Assembly: GCA_051362555.1 (NCBI GenBank)
Contig: CM120640.1
Location: 67,062,788 to 67,126,787 of the forward strand
DNA: 64,000 nt
Source of the DNA: Lingula anatina
Taxonomy: Eukaryota; Animalia; Brachiopoda
Direction of reading: 5' to 3'
The translations under genes were made by a program, and so were the position numbers. The notes under the pieces were generated by a model. The model saw nothing but the letters and a program-made list of their open reading frames with translations. It made no database searches and was not told the DNA's origin. Positions 52,101 through 63,200 of this stretch are shown here, piece by piece. Position 1 is the first letter of the stretch; every line of letters begins with the position of its first letter.

Positions 52101-54878
52101 AATTTTTTTTAGTGATAGCAAGATTACTGCCTTTTCTTTACTAGTTTTTTCTTCAGTTTATGCCAAAATTAAGATCCTTGGTACCTAAGTGCTGTTGTAA
52201 ACATTCTAAAAAATGCTGGATTCCTTTAATTTGTTATCTTTACAAACTATCCATAACAAAGTGCCTGGTATGAAGATATTGTAGATTGTGTATTTAACAC
52301 AACAATATTGTAGATTGAGTATTTAACACAACCAGTTGTACAGTGGCTTTTTTTTATATGTATGTATATAGTCTATTTTCTCTGTTCTAGGGTATTTGGA
52401 GGATACCTATAGAAGAGATAGACCGGTCTGGCAGCTTTGCCTCTCACATGTACCACTGTATTGTGCTCCTGGTCAATGTTCTGCGAGATCTCCAGGATGC
52501 TGCCACTCTATTTTACCTGTCTCAACAGCTACACAGGACACCAGAGAGCCAAAAGTAGGCATTCTGATCTAAGAGCCTAAGTTTTCAGATCTGTTGAAAG
52601 CCTGATTATATACCTGTCATCAACATAAAAGAGTTTGAAATTACATGTATTGCCACCTGAACCTCATAATGGATGTTAGATAATACAATTTGGAGTCTTT
52701 TCTTCAGTGTGTATAAAACTATCAGAATAGGAGTGGAGGGTGGATGGAGTTCAGCATTTAATCTCACTTTTCGCCTAGAATGCCATTCAGAACAATCTCG
52801 TAGCAAGTTTTTATTTGGCATAAGCATAAAACAATGAAAAGTGAATAGTTTTGCTTTTAAAATTTATTGTACAAAATACATCCCTTGTTTCCAGGAAATA
52901 CTTGCGTGACACTGAGCGTGTGCACCTTGCCAGGACAGCCTATGGCTACTGCCTGGATGCCTACAATGAACAGGTTCCTAAACATAGTGTCCAAGATCCC
53001 TCCAACTCTGAGGAGGAAGCGGTGAGATTCATCCTGGTGATCCACCGTGTATATCAGTATGGCCTGAGGCAGCTGGTTTGGGACACTGAAAAGGCTGGAA
53101 GACTGTTGGCCAAGGCCTTCAAAGTTTGCGGCAACCAACAGGTAAATGTGCTTTGGCTATTTGTATTTGACTTGTGATTAAACAGGAGATAATTGTTAGC
53201 TGGTTTTTATTTATAATTGCCAAAGAAAAACTTCAAATAAATATTACTTGTAAGATAACATGTAGTTTCTGCTCACTGGAATAGTCTAATAGCATTTTTA
53301 AACTACTCATTTTATGAGACTCATTATGTTTTTGAAAGAAGTTTAAGGTTGTTTATTAACCTCAGGATGATTTCATTTTAGTTAGAAGATGGCCAAGATG
53401 CACTTCAGCAAGCCGTCAAATTTTGTGCACAGCAGCTTGCGAGCAAACCAGCACAGGTAGTTTGATTTTTGGCATTTGAACATCCAGTGTGAAATGTTTA
53501 CCTTTTGAACCAGGTTGTCACTTTAGATGTTCCCTATATAGGTCTACGTATATTAGAAGTAAACAGTATTAAATTCAGTATGGATCTGGTGTAGGAAAGG
53601 CGTTACCCAAACTTATGAGGAAAAAAATTGACACTTTCGCAATATATCATATAATATTTAGGAACTAATTGTGTTTCATCTTCACATTTGTAGAGCTCCA
53701 GTGGAATTCAGTCTCCAGCACGTAGTTCTGATTCGGCCTCGAACCAGAAACCAGACACCCCCGGAAGAAGTAAGAGAGAGCTGACATTCAGTTATGGAAC
53801 CCCAACTGAAAAAGAGAGCCCTCTCAAGAAAAACGAAAAGGTATGACTGATGAGCAAGTATCCTCCTTCAGAATATGGTATTTGTTTCCCGACTGAAGTC
53901 TGTAAAATCTGTATCATGCTTGTGGAAGTCAGGTAGTATTTATTTTTGTTCTAAGTGATTCCTATTTTATTACAGGAGACAGAGAGCCAGACAGAGCCAA
54001 TAGATTTGAGTCAAACACCGAGCAAAACACAAACAGCAGATGAACAGAGACCACAGACTCCTTCATCTCCACTAAGCAACCTGAAGCAAGCCATCAAGAC
54101 ATTGCCTCAACCTTCTAAGCTGTCTAACCAAGGTTCAAAGCCTACCACTCACCATCCTCTCAGTATGGCTTCCATATTGGCCAAAAAACAAAGCCCAAAA
54201 TCCAGCGGAGCAGTTAAATTAGTTGACCAAGAACCACCAAAGATAGGAACGAAATCAGCATTTGACTCAGTTCAAATTGCTCCAAGCCAGGCCACCAAAT
54301 CAGCTGAAAGTCCAGTCAAAATGAGCTCCATACTAAGTTCTGCAGCAAATGTTGTTAGAATGGCCCCATCAATGGTTGCAGCAAATCCATCTCTTAAATT
54401 ATCAGAGATAAGTCAGCATCATAAAGCAACGGTTAGTCAAAAAATGCCATCACCACATCAAACTCAACCAAGTGGCAGTGGATCCAAGACCCTATCAACT
54501 GTTACCACTGTGGATTATGGCCACGTTTCAGCTTCAAAGCCATACATTCAAAATGTCAGAGTGTCAGGCCCTAGTGTCCTCCCAGTCCAAACCAGCAGAG
54601 AAGGATTTAAAGAGGGGTTCAGTCAATCCCTGCATCATCTAATTACCAAAGCATTGCTGTCAGAGCCACCCGCTGCTCCAACAAAGCAGCAACACCTGGC
54701 AGCTCCACCTGCAGGACAGGGCAGTAGGAGTACCCCTCAGACCCAGGCTACACCCCTCATAAATACACCAAGTTCTGTGCCCACCATGGCTGTCCCTGTA
54801 CACCACACGGTACCAGCTCAAACCCCGCAATCCACAGAGCCTGAGGTGATCACCCTGTCCTCAGATAGTGAAGGTTGA
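22758..54878 (+). CDS. CABIN1: Calcineurin-binding protein cabin-1 (HIRA/UBN1/CABIN1 histone chaperone subunit), complete multi-exon gene
   Basis: Exons include ATG|gt at 22758-22760, 23542-23628 ([14 protein letters not shown]), 23789-23902 ([12 protein letters not shown]), 24171-24308 ([12 protein letters not shown]), 24851-24952, 25298-25376 ([10 protein letters not shown]), 25600-25729 ([12 protein letters not shown]), ~33086-33293 ([11 protein letters not shown]), 34824-34935 ([23 protein letters not shown]), 45903-46064 ([14 protein letters not shown]), ~48135-48347 ([16 protein letters not shown]), 49791-51519 ([16 protein letters not shown]), ~52391-52554 ([20 protein letters not shown]) and 53976-54878. 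These motifs match vertebrate CABIN1 in order. Confidence 0.96.
24657..24825. mobile_element. Degenerate MITE in a CABIN1 intron
   Basis: Imperfect TIRs CAAGGGCGGATTTA ... TGGATCTGCCCCTG, with CTTTA on both flanks. Confidence 0.5.
34192..34272. repeat. (GT)n microsatellite
   Basis: About 38 GT units starting a few bases after a splice donor. Confidence 0.97.
36431..38080 (-). CDS. Rhodopsin-family (class A) aminergic-like GPCR, intronless CDS, nested antisense in a CABIN1 intron
   Basis: 549 aa with 7 hydrophobic segments and a long ICL3. Motifs: GN (TM1), SLALSD (TM2), D3.32 in FDISC, ERF for DRY, FWLP (TM5), CWSPY (TM6), NPFIY (TM7) and helix 8 EFRDAF. Confidence 0.95.
   Translation of the reverse strand: MSDRMESSSLLYNASNHSLEYHEDFHQHTIYPLFSTLMTLIMVISIAGNSVVVAAMAKTKRLQKLRHFFIYSLALSDIGVAVTAMPFHTIQLYQGGWRLPWTACMVYQGFDISCNTVSVFNLVAISLERFYSISYPMQYDRCVTSRKLKWIIFMLWFASFTYGFLQLLWLDRGSFENNSDILDKCTYKPDFIYSIVVRILEFWLPLCTMVVVYFRIYCIVKQQVKMHEKLMHRITSSNVLSEQGSELHQREPLLSVKEEDENEENKDSTSIQINIHGLEKCSTYDGDLFKDFVLNYKKYYEKPVKKEYIRKRRNTACMSRPILRKQRPRQLKTYRSASLPSDLDQNSTFLPAWMHEIQIRINPYQNNASHADEKNEYRNYSREISTTMKDIIQNPLDLQTTAFSFMPGTRPRRVSMVKGCTVEGMEIKPQKNKLYIKFKKWYKTHKAKLRRRLHKDSFASKLFALIIAAFVICWSPYGVTLSLHTPCATDYCVHSIFWEFVVLLKYANSAVNPFIYAFYSKEFRDAFWRVLHCHPHKNLFERNSTTSFK
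42829..43722. mobile_element. Nested inverted-repeat/MITE cluster flanked by microsatellites
   Basis: (CA)n at 42829-42857, outer IR arms at ~42860-42927 and ~43537-43605, inner palindrome at ~42936-43173, GGACAATTCCCC-repeat element at ~43175-43530, and (TA)n(GA)n at 43652-43722. Confidence 0.8.
49138..49175. repeat. (AAT)n microsatellite
   Basis: About 12 units. Confidence 0.95.
49791..51519 (+). CDS. CABIN1: CABIN1 large internal exon, acidic S/E/K/T-rich disordered insert
   Basis: The 603-aa ORF is trimmed to tttcag| and AAG|gtagat. It ends in the conserved [10 protein letters not shown] motif. Confidence 0.9.
53976..54878 (+). CDS. CABIN1: CABIN1 last coding exon (P/S/Q/T-rich)
   Basis: ttacag acceptor, stop at 54876-54878 and AATAAA at 55536. 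Confidence 0.8.
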   Translation, partial: ETESQTEPIDLSQTPSKTQTADEQRPQTPSSPLSNLKQAIKTLPQPSKLSNQGSKPTTHHPLSMASILAKKQSPKSSGAVKLVDQEPPKIGTKSAFDSVQIAPSQATKSAESPVKMSSILSSAANVVRMAPSMVAANPSLKLSEISQHHKATVSQKMPSPHQTQPSGSGSKTLSTVTTVDYGHVSASKPYIQNVRVSGPSVLPVQTSREGFKEGFSQSLHHLITKALLSEPPAAPTKQQHLAAPPAGQGSRSTPQTQATPLINTPSSVPTMAVPVHHTVPAQTPQSTEPEVITLSSDSEG

Positions 54879-55165
54879 CTCTGAAAGACATTCCAGCATA
54901 AAGTCCAGGAATTATTATGTATATATTATATGCCTAAGGCATAACAGTTCATTTAACATATTGAGAAGATTTGGAACTCTGTACAGCTTGAATATTACAT
55001 GGAATATGAAATTTTTGCCTTTTTTAAATAAAGCCTTTTTAAAGATTGAATAGAATGCAAGTGGTTACTGATATGTTTTTCTGGTAAGAGGGCAGAGTAA
55101 TTACAATAATTTGTAAACTTAAAAGAAGTTTGAGAGAACAGTTTCATTAGCTCTGTATGTATCAA

Positions 55166-55320
55166 TTTAAATTATTGTTTTTCTTTTCATCAAGAGCTTA
55201 TAATCTTATATGTGGGTATTACCTCCATGATGATGATGGTGACTGACAGTCACAGAAATATTGGAGGTAATACCCACATATTTTATAAGTTCTTGATAAA
55301 AAGAAAAACAATAATTTAAA
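55166..55320. repeat. Inverted repeat (hairpin/MITE relic) in the predicted CABIN1 3' UTR
   Basis: Arms of ~60 bp (55166-55227 and 55262-55320) with a ~34-nt loop. Confidence 0.9.
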
Positions 55321-55984
55321 AGAAGTTTGTATTGGAAATTGATTATGAATTAAATCATACTGAACAATGGAACACTCGTATTAAACTGTTTTGGTAAAAA
55401 TAAGAGGAAATTGTGAAAAACAGACTGATGTGCATTGTTGCTTCTTGAGACTTAATTATAAGATAAATGGATTTGTTATCTTGGTCCAGCAATTTATGTA
55501 TAAATTAAGAAGTATGTTTTTGATATAACTTTTTGAATAAAACTTACTTTATCCATTTCAGACAATTTTGCTACATATGCATTTGGTGTAATTTGCCATG
55601 AATGTTAAAGCTCTTTAGTCTTCTCAGAGAAAGTGACAAATAGCATAATAGGAAGTAAATTGGCATGTTATTTTTTAAACTGTACTGCATATTAGAGACT
55701 GAGATTTAATGTTGGAGTTGCAATTTTCAGTACATAGGCAGATGTGGGGTCTATTCCACCCTCCACCCCCCCCCCACCACCACCCCACCCCCCACCCCCC
55801 ATACCCACAAAAGCATGGCAACCAATTTTGAGGGATATCAATGGAACTATATTCCCACTTAACTGTATCTTAAATCATTATTGTTTATTTGTAAACCATG
55901 TCTTTTGAGTTTACACCCAAAGATGTGCGTCTTCTTTCATACCTGATATATGAAGCAGTCTTTTGGTTCCTGATGCCCCAGTGC

Positions 55985-56112
55985 TACCCTCTACCAGGGC
56001 CGCAGTTATTATTGTGGACATTTTTGGCTGAATCGACATCAGGCCAAAATGACTGTTTATTTATCTAGAGACATACCTGTGGAAAATCAATCTGTCGCCC
56101 TGGTAGAGGGTA
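55985..56112. mobile_element. 128-bp MITE with a 9-bp TSD (Mutator-like TSD length)
   Basis: Perfect 16-bp TIR TACCCTCTACCAGGGC / GCCCTGGTAGAGGGTA. TSD CCCCAGTGC at 55976-55984 and 56113-56121. Confidence 0.88.
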
Positions 56113-57129
56113 CCCCAGTGCTGTGGAGGTAAGATTGTGTTTGGGTGTGACCATCACACCAAAAGCATTTCTACCAGCAATATACTGGTAAAATACGATG
56201 ATTTATAATACTCTTGTTGGAAAAAATCTATTCTTTTCCAGTGTTTGGTGGGTCAAAGATTGAACAAAGTGTTTCAGTTTTCACATATCTATTTGAATTA
56301 CTTTGGCTGCTGATATTCCTCTTAATACATTATGCAAGAAACGCATTAATTGTATGATAGTTAAAGAAGAAAAATTGAAATCTATGAAGAAAAATAATGA
56401 TGCAAATTATTAACTACACCTTAACCTGCCAACAATTATTTCCTTAAACCTTTATGTTTCAATACAGACATAAAATTGTATAGCCACTGTTATAACCATA
56501 TCTGGCGATGGAGGGGGGGGGGGGGGGGGGGGGCACAGGTGGCAGTTCACCCATTTTTGCTTCCCTAAAAATGTAACACTATCTATTCGTGTGCATGCAC
56601 ACTCTCACACACCTGCAAATGGCAATATTTGTCCTTTTCTTATTGAAGTCCCATTACTTGATATTGCTAAAAGCTTTGCCTACTTCTTGGTTTTCACAAA
56701 AATTGCGTAGAGCTATGCATAGCACAGAATTCATGAATATCGTGCTAGCATATGCAAAGCATAACATTTCTGCCTTTTGTGATTTTAATTTAAAAGTTTC
56801 GAAGCTTTGAAATTTTGGTATTTCACTCAAAATATGATGCTTTTCTTTTAGCTGAAATCTTCTTACTGAGAGTCGATGCATAAAAGTCCAAAGCAGAAAA
56901 AAGTTACACTGTTTGCGAAAGGCGGTGTTTGAAGTAGAGAGAGACCTGTAAATCAAACTGCTAGACAAACTTTGAAAATACTGATGCCATTCCTTTAATA
57001 ACAACAGTGACATTGGCTTCACAGAATTTCAATTGAAATCCGAATCCAATGGCATTACTGCAATTTCTTTGTTTCTGATTTGATTAACTTTTCTGTCGTA
57101 AGGTCCGTGCTGTGAATGAAATACACAAA

Positions 57130-57160
57130 CTTCTAGCCAATCAAAACGCGCGATGCAAGT
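57130..57160 (+). promoter_or_regulatory. CCAAT box in the CpG-enriched promoter of the A1CF-like gene
   Basis: AGCCAATCA is followed by AAACGCGCG about 115 bp upstream of the ATG. Confidence 0.45.
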
Positions 57161-57253
57161 GTCCTCATAAATAATTCATGAGCCCGACTGTCATATCTCC
57201 AGCCAACGCGTGAATTGGTCACAGATTTTCTGCAATCAAAGTATATCGGAGCG

Positions 57254-60200
57254 ATGACCGCCGACACAGACGAGTTCGAAATGGAGGAGAAACAAGCAGG
57301 TGTGTCTGGCGTGCCAAATGAGCAAGCTCTCCTGGCTCTTATGGAGAGAACAGGGTACAGCATGATCCAAGAAAACGGCCAAAGAAAATACGGAGGACCT
57401 CCACCTGGCTGGGAAGGACCTGCCCCACCAAGGGGTTGTGAAATCTTCATTGGCAAAATCCCTCGTGACTGCTATGAAGATGAACTGGTACCCATCTTTG
57501 AAAAGATGGGCAAGATTTATGAGTTTAGGCTAATGATGGATTTCAGTGGAACAAATCGGGGATATGGTTTCACCATGTACACAAACAAACTTGATGCACA
57601 AAGAGCAGTGAAAGAACTGAATAATTTTGAAATAAGAAAGGGGCGGTTTCTTGGAGTATGTTTGAGTGTAGACAATTGTAGGTTATTTGTAGGTGGTATT
57701 CCAAAGAATAAGCAAAGGCAAGAAATTTTGGAGGAAATGAAAAAGGTAACAGAAGGCGTCGTTGATGTAATAGTTTATCCCAGCGCAACAGACAAGACCA
57801 AAAATCGCGGATTTGCTTTCGTCGAATATGATTCGCATAGAGCAGCAGCAATGGCTAGACGAAAACTTATTCCAGGCAGAATTCAGCTGTGGGGTCATCA
57901 GATAGCTGTAGATTGGGCTGAGCCAGAACAGGAGGTACCAGAAGAGGTGATGAGTACGGTGAGTTCTATCTTGCACAAACGCACAGGTCGCCGCCATTTT
58001 CTTTTCCAATTTTATCTTGAGGATTTCTGTCGTGTGGTTCATTGCCACAAATATATGTTTTGTTTCAAATAAATTTGTTTATGGTGAGAAGTTTTTGAAA
58101 ATATCAAAAGATTACTTTGAATTTCAACCAGTTGAAAAAGATGATGTGAAAGACCTGTTTTACAAAAAATCGTCTGCAAGGGGGCGTTGACCGGCACCCC
58201 TTTGTAGGTAGGCGAAACGTTGCATTAAACCATCTTGTTCATTTCTGAATTCATTATCATATGTTGCTGTGTCTATACTATAAAAATACAAAAAGGATGT
58301 TTGGCAATTTATTTATTTGAGAAAAGGTTTTGTACCTTGAAAATATTCTTAAATTTGCTAAACAGTAATGTATTACAAACAAGCGGACTAGAAAATGTTT
58401 GAGACCATTGAAATTATAGAAATTGATTTCTTAGAGTATCAAGGTACCCTATTTTTAAATTAAATTGCTGTCTTCAGTCCGTTGTCTAATGAAGCCCTTG
58501 ACAATTGATCCCTACCAGAATATGGGAGGCCAGTGGAATACAACAGGTGTCATTAAATCCTTTTATTAAGGGCTTATTTTATTGTTTGAAGAAAGATGTT
58601 TATGAATCCCTCACCTCTTAAGGGTTTCATGCATTGTTAGTTTTATTATAGGAAGGAACCATTCGTAAGACAAGATTTTTGGTCAATGCGAATGTTACAG
58701 TAAGAATTTTGAAATAGATGGAAGAGCGAAAAAGTTGTGATCTTTGCTGTAAAATTGAGACATGTCAGACCATCAACATGTTATTTTATAATAGTAATTT
58801 GGTGAAATTGTGTAAAGACATTTTTCTGATGAAGAAAAATAAGTCCATTATTAAATAAGGTATTAGATTACAATTACAGGTGCACCTTCCCAAGTATCCT
58901 CCCCCTGGACTTTACTCCAGTACTTCATGATACAGGTACCCTCAAGCCAACGTCATGCGTTTTTATCATAGCACCTACTGATTACATTCAAAATTATCTA
59001 CAAATATTGACCCCCAGTTCATCAGCTGTGCTTGCATGTAGGAACAATTGATCTTTATAAAAATAGGTAACATCTAAAATCTGTAGATGATAAACCAACT
59101 TCTTGGTATAGGGCACCGCATTAGGGAAGTTGATGGCACTTTGGCAAAATGATATATTTAAACTGGTACATGTCTCATAACTTCTAAACTATGCAGTTTA
59201 GGTGTACACTAGAGCAAATCTCTGATAAGCCCTTGGGTTGCCAGGCTGGTTGCTTAGGGAACCACAGGCATATATTGACATAAAATCTGTTATCAGGTAG
59301 GGCAGTTAGACTAGGACTTCATTGCTGGAGGACAATTTTACCATACAGAATTGGAATGCACACTTGCCACTATGCTGTGATAGGCACATATGGCTGACCA
59401 AAAATCCCAATTAGCCATGAAAATAATTGTGGACTTATTATAAACTTTTAATCAAATATTACATTAATTATCCAGGTGTGTTTGTTTGTTTGATTGTTTT
59501 GTTTATGTCATAGCTATTCATAGAATGAAAAACATTGATTTTAATGCTGAGTAAAGACAAAGGTGATACTTCCTGATAATTTTCAATGTAGATTTTCCTC
59601 TTCAGTACAAGTGATTCATGATGTTTTATATCTTGGTACAAGGTGTTCATGCCATGTATTGAAATACCTCCTACTTGGCATATTCATTTTATTCCTAGTC
59701 ATGCTCTCCTCCATCAAACTTGGAGGTCTGCTCACTAACAGTTGGGGGTTAAGTGAGGCAGTGACTTTATGGCTTAATTGTATGGAGATCACACTGCTTT
59801 TCTATTAATACTTAATGAAGCATTGAAGCCCAAACACACTTGGCAGTAAATTGGAAGTAATTTTCTTTTTGCTCCAACAAAAGTTGTGTACCTTGCACCA
59901 CCAATGTGAGTCATTACACCTTTGTCAGGTATACTTTTCTTGTAATTCTTCCTCCCAAGGTTTAAGTATAACTAAATTTATTTGATGAACTGCTTTACAA
60001 TATTTGAACTATAGGTGATTTACCTAGATGCTTGATATTATAGTGTGTCTACGCTATAGTGCTGAGGGGACTTCAGTGCACTAAGCTGTTGAAAGTCAAT
60101 ATTTTTTTTATATTGGCCAAAGGGTCCGACAAGCCTTTCAAGTAAGATCAATGAATTTTGGAGAAAATACACCAGCAGAGACTTAAAATTTGCCTGAGAA

Positions 60201-63200
60201 TTTACACTGAAAATGATTGCATAACCAGCTAATCCTACTCTTTCTCAGAACAGAATCTAAGAATGTCTGGTACAGATAGCACCTGCTATCCCTAAATATT
60301 TGCTGATGTTTTTGAAGCCTCTTTACTTGATATTGCACGATGTTCTTGTCTGGTTGCCTGATGTGGGATATGACAGTCTAAAGGTGTATTTAATAATGAA
60401 CATCTACAGTAATTGCAATATACTAGCTATTTTAATTTATAGATAACAATGCAATTTATATGTAGGGCTGACAGTCTGTAAGATTGTGTGTGGCAGTTTT
60501 GAATAAAAAGTTAATGCTGTAAAGCATGGTGCACTTCTAAAAAACCAAAGTTTAGTTTCTGACCATGTTAATGGTACATGTATTTCCATTTAGAATCTCA
60601 AGCTGGAAATTGTATGGAATTTTTGGATTTTTTTTATTTCTACAACAATATAATCCCTGTAAATCTTAATCAGTCTGCCACTTGTGTGGTTAAGCTGGGA
60701 CCTTTACCCCCACAGTTGTAGGGTTTTAATGGAAAGTTTGAGTGAGGAATGCCAAAAGATCTATACTCATCTGATCCTTGCTAGTGTCAGACATAGAAAA
60801 AATGATTTGATAAAATGCATATGGAATATAACATTTCTGTGGAAAGTAGAATCCTAAGATCAAACCATATGGTAACCTTCTATTGTAGATTTTTCATTGT
60901 GAATATACATTCTAATTTTAAAGTAATTATACTTGTCTCTTCTGTATAATGTATAACTGTTATTAGTATCATTATTTTTTTCATTATTCTATTTTTTTTC
61001 TATGCTACACAGGTAAAGATTCTGTATGTTCGCAACCTGATGCTAACTACAACTGAGGAGAAGATTGCTCAAGTTTTTGCACAAGCAGTGGGAACAGATG
61101 GGTGTATTGAGAGAGTGAAAAAGTTGAGGGATTATGCCTTTGTGCATTTCAAAGATAGAAATGATGCTGTGCAGGCAATGAATATGTTGAATGGTAAGCA
61201 TTTGATACCAATTAATAAAGATATTGAACTAATGACAGTGATATATTTTTTTTTTTGCTTAATAATAACAAATTGAAAACTTACCCAGTAATTTTAATAG
61301 CTCTCATTAAGTTTTCAGAACGAGTAAGTGGGAGGTTACTTCTGCAATGTGATGAAACACAATGATACATGTGAATCATACATGATTTATAATCTTTACT
61401 TAAATAAGGTTCAAACCTGGATGGTTCAACAATTGAAGTGGTACTTGCCAAACCAGTTGACAAAACTGAATACACACGTTTCACTCGAGGTGCTGGACGT
61501 GGTGGTGCTTTTGTATCTCAGGTAGAAGCCGTTGGAAATGTAAGACCCTTTCTCTTCTGCCTTAATTGAAACATATTTATAGTATTAGATATTAGTGCAC
61601 TATGAACATTTAAAAATTTTTTATAATTTTTTTTTCACTTGTCCATTGTTATTTATTTACTTATTTATGTATTTATTTATTTATTATTTATAGTTGGTGA
61701 GTTTGATTGGGGCTCAGTACAGTACAGTTTGATTGATCAGTTTTTGTCATATTTGATTAAAATGATCAGTTGTAAAACTAAAATAGAATTTTACTCAACT
61801 CGCTTCTACAATTGTTACAATGTGCAACATAATTTAAATACTCAGCACATAAGGATGAAATACTTCTGCTTCTTAAGGTAACTTTCTTGACATAAAATCT
61901 TTTAATATTCATCATGAAGTGGATGTCATTGTTATTTTCCTTGTATTTCAGGGTGCCCTTGGTGCGTACAGTTATTACCCCACTACCATTGACCCGTACA
62001 CTGCTCAAGTCTATGGTAACATCCCCACTGTGCCTGCCAGGTATGATCTCCCACCCACCATGGATGAGGATGACACATATACAAGGTTTACCATCACCAG
62101 CAAGTTTGGAAAAAAATGAATTACTAACAAATTTGTTCCCAAATTCAGATTGCGCAATTGCAGACAATAATGATAATAATAATAGCAATAATAATAATCT
62201 AACACTTACACAAATGGATCAGGCTTTGATGTTTTTATGATCTAAGGGAGCTTGAACTTTTGCTCTGTGCAGCTTGCTTTTTTTGACTGCGTTTAATGAA
62301 ATGATAACAAATTTTGCTTGTTTTGAAGTTTGCTGTTAGTGTTTTTATGTTTCAAATTTGATTCTTTATTTTTTGTCATCTGTTAAATTCATTCTTTATT
62401 TTTTTGTCATCTGTTAAATTCATTCTTTATTTTTTTCATATATGGTACCATGATACCAATTTTTAAATTGTAAGAAGTTTCTACAAATCAAATATTTAGA
62501 AATTACTTTGAAAATCAATTGGATATTCCAATAAAGCTAATTTTCTCCAAATTTCAATAAATAAAAAAAATTACACATTAGGGCTTTATAAAAAAAAGAA
62601 AAAAAAAACTCTTGATCAATCAATCTCTAGGTATATGAAGCAGGTGATTAATGTGTCTGTCATTTTCATTCATGGTGGACTTATTTATTATAGGTCTATC
62701 AGTTGAAAATTTATAGATCTTCAATTTTTGTTTATTCATTTCTTTATTTTTGTTAAAATTATTTTGATTTGAGACCTGGCTTATGTTAGTTTTGATACAC
62801 ACTACTTTCCTTTATCTAGTTAACAATTTTTAAAATAACAGTATTGCAATTTATTTAAAGAATTACTTACACATTTAACCTAATAAAGATGGCTGATGAG
62901 GACACTTGCTAGAAAACAATAGATTGGTCTGTAACTGACATGTTTGTGTTGCAGGGGTGTACAAAGTAGAGTTTTACAGATGCGAGGGCCCATAAGAGGG
63001 CGTGGCCGTGGTGCTGCTGGATCACGTGGTGCTGGTGGACGTGGGTATATGGCCTACATGCAGCGCGGAGGATACAGGAAACAGCCTGTGGAGGTAAGGT
63101 ACTGGTGCCATTCCTCACCTGTAAGGTCTCTGTTATAGTTTGGTGAGATTTTGTGGAACATCCTAACACAATCATAATTCTTCACTGACACATTTCCATT

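Noticed and set aside
55758-56533. C-rich tract (55758-55800) and poly-G run (56512-56533) as G-quadruplex regulators
   Set aside because: They are probably decayed MITE remnants or homopolymers of unreliable length, with no independent support for function.
62360-62437. ~31-bp unit repeated 2.5 times in an intron
   Set aside because: An ordinary short slippage duplication.
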